Shown here piece by piece: positions 59,572-64,000 of a stretch of DNA of 64,000 nucleotides (positions are counted from its first letter, which is position 1; each line of letters opens with the position of its first letter). Made by a program: the position numbers and the translations under genes. The notes under the pieces were generated by a model. It was not told the origin of the DNA. It ran no database searches and was given only the letters and a program-made list of their open reading frames with translations. This stretch comes from an uncultured Rhabdochlamydiaceae bacterium (lineage in GTDB: Bacteria > Chlamydiota > Chlamydiia > Chlamydiales > Rhabdochlamydiaceae). The stretch covers positions 1,600,001 to 1,664,000 of the forward strand of contig CAVQHD010000001.1 in the NCBI GenBank assembly GCA_963712275.1, given 5' to 3'.

Positions 59572-60048
59572 ATGGAAGCACCTCTTCGTGAAAAAAGACC
59601 CCGCGTCGGCGTGGGGATTGTTGTCGTCAAAGAGAGCCGTGTACTTCTTGGAAAAAGAAAAGGAGCTCATGGAGCAGGAACGTGGTCGTTTCCAGGCGGG
59701 CATCTGGAATTTGGGGAGAGCGTAGAAGAGTGCGCCCATCGAGAGCTGGCCGAAGAGACAGGATTAAAAGCTCTCTCACTCCAGCTGGGTCCTTGGACAA
59801 ACGACCTCATCGATGAAACCAAGCACTACATCACCCTTTTTGCTTTCGTCAATCACTTTGAAGGAGAGCTGCGACTTTTAGAGCCTCATAAATGTGAGGG
59901 GTGGGAGTGGTTTGAGTGTGATGAAATGCCGGCCCCGCTCTTTCTCCCCGTGCATTCTTTAATCCAAAAAATAGGTCTCGAAGGCTTGAGAAATATTTCA
60001 TTGAGTGGCAAAATTGTTTTTAACGCAGTTGAGCCGGAGTCTCTATGA
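59572..60048 (+). CDS. Nudix hydrolase (NUDT15/MutT-like)
   Basis: PRVGVG, PGGHLEFGESVEECAHRELAEETGL and EPHKCEGWEWF motifs. Confidence 0.92.
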   Translation: MEAPLREKRPRVGVGIVVVKESRVLLGKRKGAHGAGTWSFPGGHLEFGESVEECAHRELAEETGLKALSLQLGPWTNDLIDETKHYITLFAFVNHFEGELRLLEPHKCEGWEWFECDEMPAPLFLPVHSLIQKIGLEGLRNISLSGKIVFNAVEPESL

Positions 60049-60506
60049 AAACCAGTCTAGATACCATCGTCTACCAAGAGCCGACTCCCCAGTTCAAGCC
60101 GCTGTTTGAAATTGCAGCACTCTATATCGAACATGGCGACAAAATCTTGCTTCTTCACAGGCAGGAAAATAAATCTCAAGGAAATAGATGGGGCATCCCG
60201 GGTGGGAAAATTGCAAATGGAGAAGCGCCGCTCCAGGCAATTGTCCGGGAAGCTTTAGAAGAAACAGGCTACGATTTTTCGAAGGAGCTTATCGAAGCTT
60301 TAATGACTGTGTATATCGAGTACAATCCTAAACTCCATTTTGTCTACCATATGTTTCGGACCAAAATGGTCTTTAATCCCGAGGCAATTAAAATCAACTT
60401 CGATGAGCATAAAGGCTTCACATGGGTCACTCCGCAAGACGGCCTAAAAATGAGCCTGATTGAAGGCGAAGCCGAGTGTTTTAAACTCATCTATAAAGAT
60501 CTTTGA
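60045..60506 (+). CDS. Nudix hydrolase
   Basis: WGIPGGKIANGEAPLQAIVREALEETG Nudix box. Confidence 0.9.
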   Translation: MKTSLDTIVYQEPTPQFKPLFEIAALYIEHGDKILLLHRQENKSQGNRWGIPGGKIANGEAPLQAIVREALEETGYDFSKELIEALMTVYIEYNPKLHFVYHMFRTKMVFNPEAIKINFDEHKGFTWVTPQDGLKMSLIEGEAECFKLIYKDL

Positions 60507-60560
60507 GTTGAAAAACTCTTTCCTTTATCCCGCTAAATATTTTAATATTTTGAATCAGTT

Positions 60561-61256
60561 ATGAACCTAAAAGCGTCTGTTCCTGAGATGTTCAATGCGA
60601 TCTCTTCTCGATACGACCGAATCAATCTGGTTTTATCTTTGGGGCTGGATCGGTATTGGAGAAAAGCGGTGGGCCGCCTCCTTCCTAAAAAGAAGCGGCT
60701 TAAACTTCTTGACTGTGCGACGGGAACTGCCGATCAACTTGTGACACTGCTCCGAAACCACCCTCAAGTGTACGATGCTGTCGGGATTGATCCCGCGAAG
60801 GAAATGCTTGCCTTGGCAGCCCCAAAAATCGCCCCTTTCTTTTATCGAGCAAAGGTGATCGAAGGATCAGCTGAAGCCATCCCTTTCTCCGATAAGATGT
60901 TCGACGTCGTCACGATCTCTTTTGGCATTCGAAATGTCAAAAACCTCTCTCAAAGTTTAAAAGAGATGCATCGAGTCTTAATCCCTCAAGGGCGGCTCAT
61001 TATTTTAGAGTTTTCCCACCCTACTCTGCAACCTATCCGCTTTTTACATAGCTGTTATTTAAACTGGGTTGTTCCTTCCATCGGAAGATGGCTTTCTCAA
61101 AACAAAGAGGCCTATACCTATCTCCACAAAACGATTGAGCAGTTCCCTCAAGGAGAAGCTCTCTGCGAGATTTTGAGGGAAGCGGGATTCAAAAACGTCC
61201 AAGCAAAGCCGCTGACTCTTGGAATCGTCACTCTCTATACAGGGGAAAAGGCTTGA
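60561..61256 (+). CDS. ubiE: Demethylmenaquinone methyltransferase (MenG/UbiE)
   Basis: YDRIN, LDCATGTAD, SFGIRNV and LEFS motifs. Confidence 0.95.
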   Translation: MNLKASVPEMFNAISSRYDRINLVLSLGLDRYWRKAVGRLLPKKKRLKLLDCATGTADQLVTLLRNHPQVYDAVGIDPAKEMLALAAPKIAPFFYRAKVIEGSAEAIPFSDKMFDVVTISFGIRNVKNLSQSLKEMHRVLIPQGRLIILEFSHPTLQPIRFLHSCYLNWVVPSIGRWLSQNKEAYTYLHKTIEQFPQGEALCEILREAGFKNVQAKPLTLGIVTLYTGEKA

Positions 61257-62293
61257 CCTCTATCTTAGAGTTTTTAAAAACCTCTTCTTCTTTTCCTCGC
61301 TTTTTTTGGAAAGATCGAGAAAGCTTAGCAACTTATGTTGGATATGGAGAAAACAAAAAACCCTCAGAAAAAGAAATATTCACATTTAAAGCCCAAACAT
61401 TTTATCCAGGCGATTGTAATGGGATTTGGAGCGATTTTCCCAAACAGTGGACCTTCTCTCCTCAGCAACTGATCTCTTCAGATTGGGCGCCAGCCTCTAT
61501 AACGCCTGATCTACCCCATTGCATTCAACGAACCGACACCCCCTCCATTGATCAGTGGGAGAACCTTGTAAACAACGCCCGTGAAAAAATTCAAAAAGAG
61601 GTCTTTCGAAAGGTCGTTCTTCCTCGCCGCACCACTTTGACGTTTGATGCCCCTTTAAAATCTGCTGAGATTTTAAAAGGGTTGTTCGCCTTTGGAAATG
61701 AGACTTCGCTTTTCATGGTCCAGCTAGATCCTTCCACTGCTTTTATAGGAGCAAGCCCCGAAAAATTATTTTCTCGCTCCGATCGCAATCTATGGACAGA
61801 GGCACTAGCAGGAACCATTGATAGCTCAGAAAAATGGAGCCCAAAAGAATTTGCAGAGGTTGAAGCCGTCCGCCTCTTTTTACAGCAACAATTACTTCCT
61901 TGCTGTCAAAACCTTCAGTGGGAAACTCCTGAAGAGCGCCCTTTTGGAAACTTAAAACACTTATATCAGAGGCTGAAAGGATGTTTAAAAACCGACATCT
62001 CTGATGCCGTATTGATTTCAAAGCTCCATCCAACGCCTGCACTGGGGGGATTTCCAAGAGATCCGTCTCTGCAGTATCTTCGGTCGATTGAGATGTTCGA
62101 TCGTGGATGGTACGGGGCTCCGATTGGGCTGATTTCAGAATCGGGAACAAACCTGGCAGTCGCTATTCGTTCGATGGTTGTGCGCGGCCACCACCTCCAT
62201 CTTTTCTCTGGAGCCGGAATTGTGAAAGGATCCAACCCTCTGAAAGAGTGGGAAGAACTCGATCGTAAAATTGCGCATGTTTTGAGATGGTAA
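61253..62293 (+). CDS. menF: Isochorismate synthase
   Basis: KVVLPR, GASPEKL, ALAGT, LHPTPALGG, FDRGWYG and GAGIV motifs. Confidence 0.9.
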   Translation: MTSILEFLKTSSSFPRFFWKDRESLATYVGYGENKKPSEKEIFTFKAQTFYPGDCNGIWSDFPKQWTFSPQQLISSDWAPASITPDLPHCIQRTDTPSIDQWENLVNNAREKIQKEVFRKVVLPRRTTLTFDAPLKSAEILKGLFAFGNETSLFMVQLDPSTAFIGASPEKLFSRSDRNLWTEALAGTIDSSEKWSPKEFAEVEAVRLFLQQQLLPCCQNLQWETPEERPFGNLKHLYQRLKGCLKTDISDAVLISKLHPTPALGGFPRDPSLQYLRSIEMFDRGWYGAPIGLISESGTNLAVAIRSMVVRGHHLHLFSGAGIVKGSNPLKEWEELDRKIAHVLRW

Positions 62294-62297
62294 ACTT

Positions 62298-63983
62298 GTG
62301 AATAGTCGCTTTGCACAGCAAATCATTGGGCATTTGGTCTCACAGGGAATCCGCCGCGTCTGCTTGTCGCCAGGCTCCCGCTCGACTCCACTTGCTCTTG
62401 CAGCCGCTCGCGAGCCTCGCCTTGAAAAACGGGTCCACTTTGATGAACGGGGAGCTGCTTTTCATGCCTATGGCTATGCGAAAGGGTCCTCATTTCCTGT
62501 GGCGATCATTTCAACATCGGGAAGCGCAGTTGGCAACTTGTTTCCTGCGGTCATGGAAGCCTCCTATGACCACATCCCTTTAATCATCTTGACAGCCGAT
62601 CGACCTACCGAACTTCGAGATTGCATGGCGAATCAAACCTGCGACCAGGTCAAATTCTTCGGAAACTATGTTCGGTGGTATGCAGAAATTCCTGTTGCAG
62701 AGCCTGGGCTCTCAGACGCCTGGCTTGAAGGAACGGTTGCTCACGCTGTTTACCAAGCGATGCAATCCCCTCAGGGGCCCGTCCATTTAAATTGTCAATT
62801 TCGCGAGCCGTTTTCATCCAATATCATCTACCCCACGACCTCCACCATTCAATATGAACCCTCCTATGCAATGGCAGCAGATGAAACCATTCATAAATGG
62901 GGGCAGCAGCTAGCCTCTTCTAAGCGGGGCGTCATTGTCACAGGAGCGATGCCTTACCATTCTAGGAATTATGCCTCTCTATTTGCGCTTGCAGAAAAAC
63001 TTGATTGGCCGATTCTTCCGGACCTCATGTCAGGGATTCGCTCTGAAGCTGAGCACCCAGCGGTGATCCCTTATTACCTCGACATTTTAAAGTCGGTTTC
63101 AAACCTCGAACCGGACTGCATCTTGCATCTGGGCGACAGACTTATTTCAAAACCGATTCAGATGTGGCTGAATCGGCTAACCCCATCAACCCCCCATTTG
63201 ATGGTGGCAAGTCATCCGCTTCGAGGCGACCCTCATCACCGAGTCACCCACCGTCTGATGACAGATCCCCTCCTCTTTTGCAAGCAGCTCCTTCCTTGGC
63301 TAAGCCGTCGGACTTCATGGCTTGGCGAGTGGAAAAATTTAAGCCGCCTGCTCGAAGAGCGCCTGGATCCTGTGCTCTTAGAGCCTCTCTCTGAACCGGG
63401 TCTTATCCGTTATTTGCATCACCATCTTCCTTCCCACTACGCCATTTACTTTTCAAACAGCATGCCTGTGCGAGATGCAGACCGCCTTTTTTTCCCCAAG
63501 ACGTCTCGAGGACCTATTTTTGGGCAACGGGGGCTCTCAGGAATTGACGGCAATATCGCGACAGCAATTGGACTTGCAGAAGGAGCAGGACGCCCCCTGA
63601 TTGCAATTTTAGGCGACCAAGCAGCGCTCCATGACTTAAACTCCTTGGCTCAGCTTCGATTCTCTAAGATCCCCGTGATTCTCCTGATCATTAACAACCA
63701 GGGCGGCGGAATTTTCTCTTTCCTTCCTATTTCTCAAGAGCACGAGGTGGCAGAAAAATACTTTGCAGCTGCGCATAGCTGGAAATTTTCAGGAGCTGCT
63801 GACATGTTTCAAATCCCTTACGCCATGCTCTCTGACCTCTCACAACTTCAACAAAGTCTTCGAGAAGAAAAGACCATTTTACTTGAATTTCCTTCCGATC
63901 GGCATCAAAATGTTTTAATCCATCAAGCTCTCGACCAAACATGCCGCGAGACACTAGAGCTTGCTTTAAAGGAGATCTATTAA
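62298..63983 (+). CDS. menD: SEPHCHC synthase
   Basis: SPGSRSTPL, DERGAAF, TSGSA, NSMPVR, RGLSGIDG and NNQGGGIF motifs. Confidence 0.96.
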   Translation: MNSRFAQQIIGHLVSQGIRRVCLSPGSRSTPLALAAAREPRLEKRVHFDERGAAFHAYGYAKGSSFPVAIISTSGSAVGNLFPAVMEASYDHIPLIILTADRPTELRDCMANQTCDQVKFFGNYVRWYAEIPVAEPGLSDAWLEGTVAHAVYQAMQSPQGPVHLNCQFREPFSSNIIYPTTSTIQYEPSYAMAADETIHKWGQQLASSKRGVIVTGAMPYHSRNYASLFALAEKLDWPILPDLMSGIRSEAEHPAVIPYYLDILKSVSNLEPDCILHLGDRLISKPIQMWLNRLTPSTPHLMVASHPLRGDPHHRVTHRLMTDPLLFCKQLLPWLSRRTSWLGEWKNLSRLLEERLDPVLLEPLSEPGLIRYLHHHLPSHYAIYFSNSMPVRDADRLFFPKTSRGPIFGQRGLSGIDGNIATAIGLAEGAGRPLIAILGDQAALHDLNSLAQLRFSKIPVILLIINNQGGGIFSFLPISQEHEVAEKYFAAAHSWKFSGAADMFQIPYAMLSDLSQLQQSLREEKTILLEFPSDRHQNVLIHQALDQTCRETLELALKEIY

Positions 63984-64000
63984 TGTCAGCAACTTTAACA

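Overview
Chromosomal window from an environmental chlamydia (phylum Chlamydiota), inferred from the rpe-efp-accB-accC order, a class Ic NrdAB with multiple ATP cones, CopB/CopD-like T3SS translocators and F-box-LRR proteins. It holds housekeeping blocks (nrdAB, accBC/efp/rpe, rpsA-nusA-infB-rbfA-truB-ribF-ychF, menG-menF-menD), three tRNAs, and an integrase-less accessory region downstream of tRNA-Thr (about 43.2-59.6 kb). The most notable observations are: (1) four families of ~115-200 bp palindromic MITE-like elements at gene 3' ends, two of which share a covarying internal hairpin core but have unrelated transposon-type ends, and one of which supplies the same C-terminal peptide LGPVN(E/K)* to three unrelated genes; (2) a membrane-anchored putative effector with four Pex5-type WxxxF/Y motifs (candidate peroxisome-import mimic); (3) two proteins sharing an unnamed ~200-aa N-terminal helical domain fused to different enzymes; (4) a GH64 / beta-helix glycosidase / beta-barrel locus whose two enzymes share a short N-terminal motif; (5) a kinase-first HipA-type module with a HipS-HTH partner. 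All assignments come from motif recognition by eye; no searches were run.
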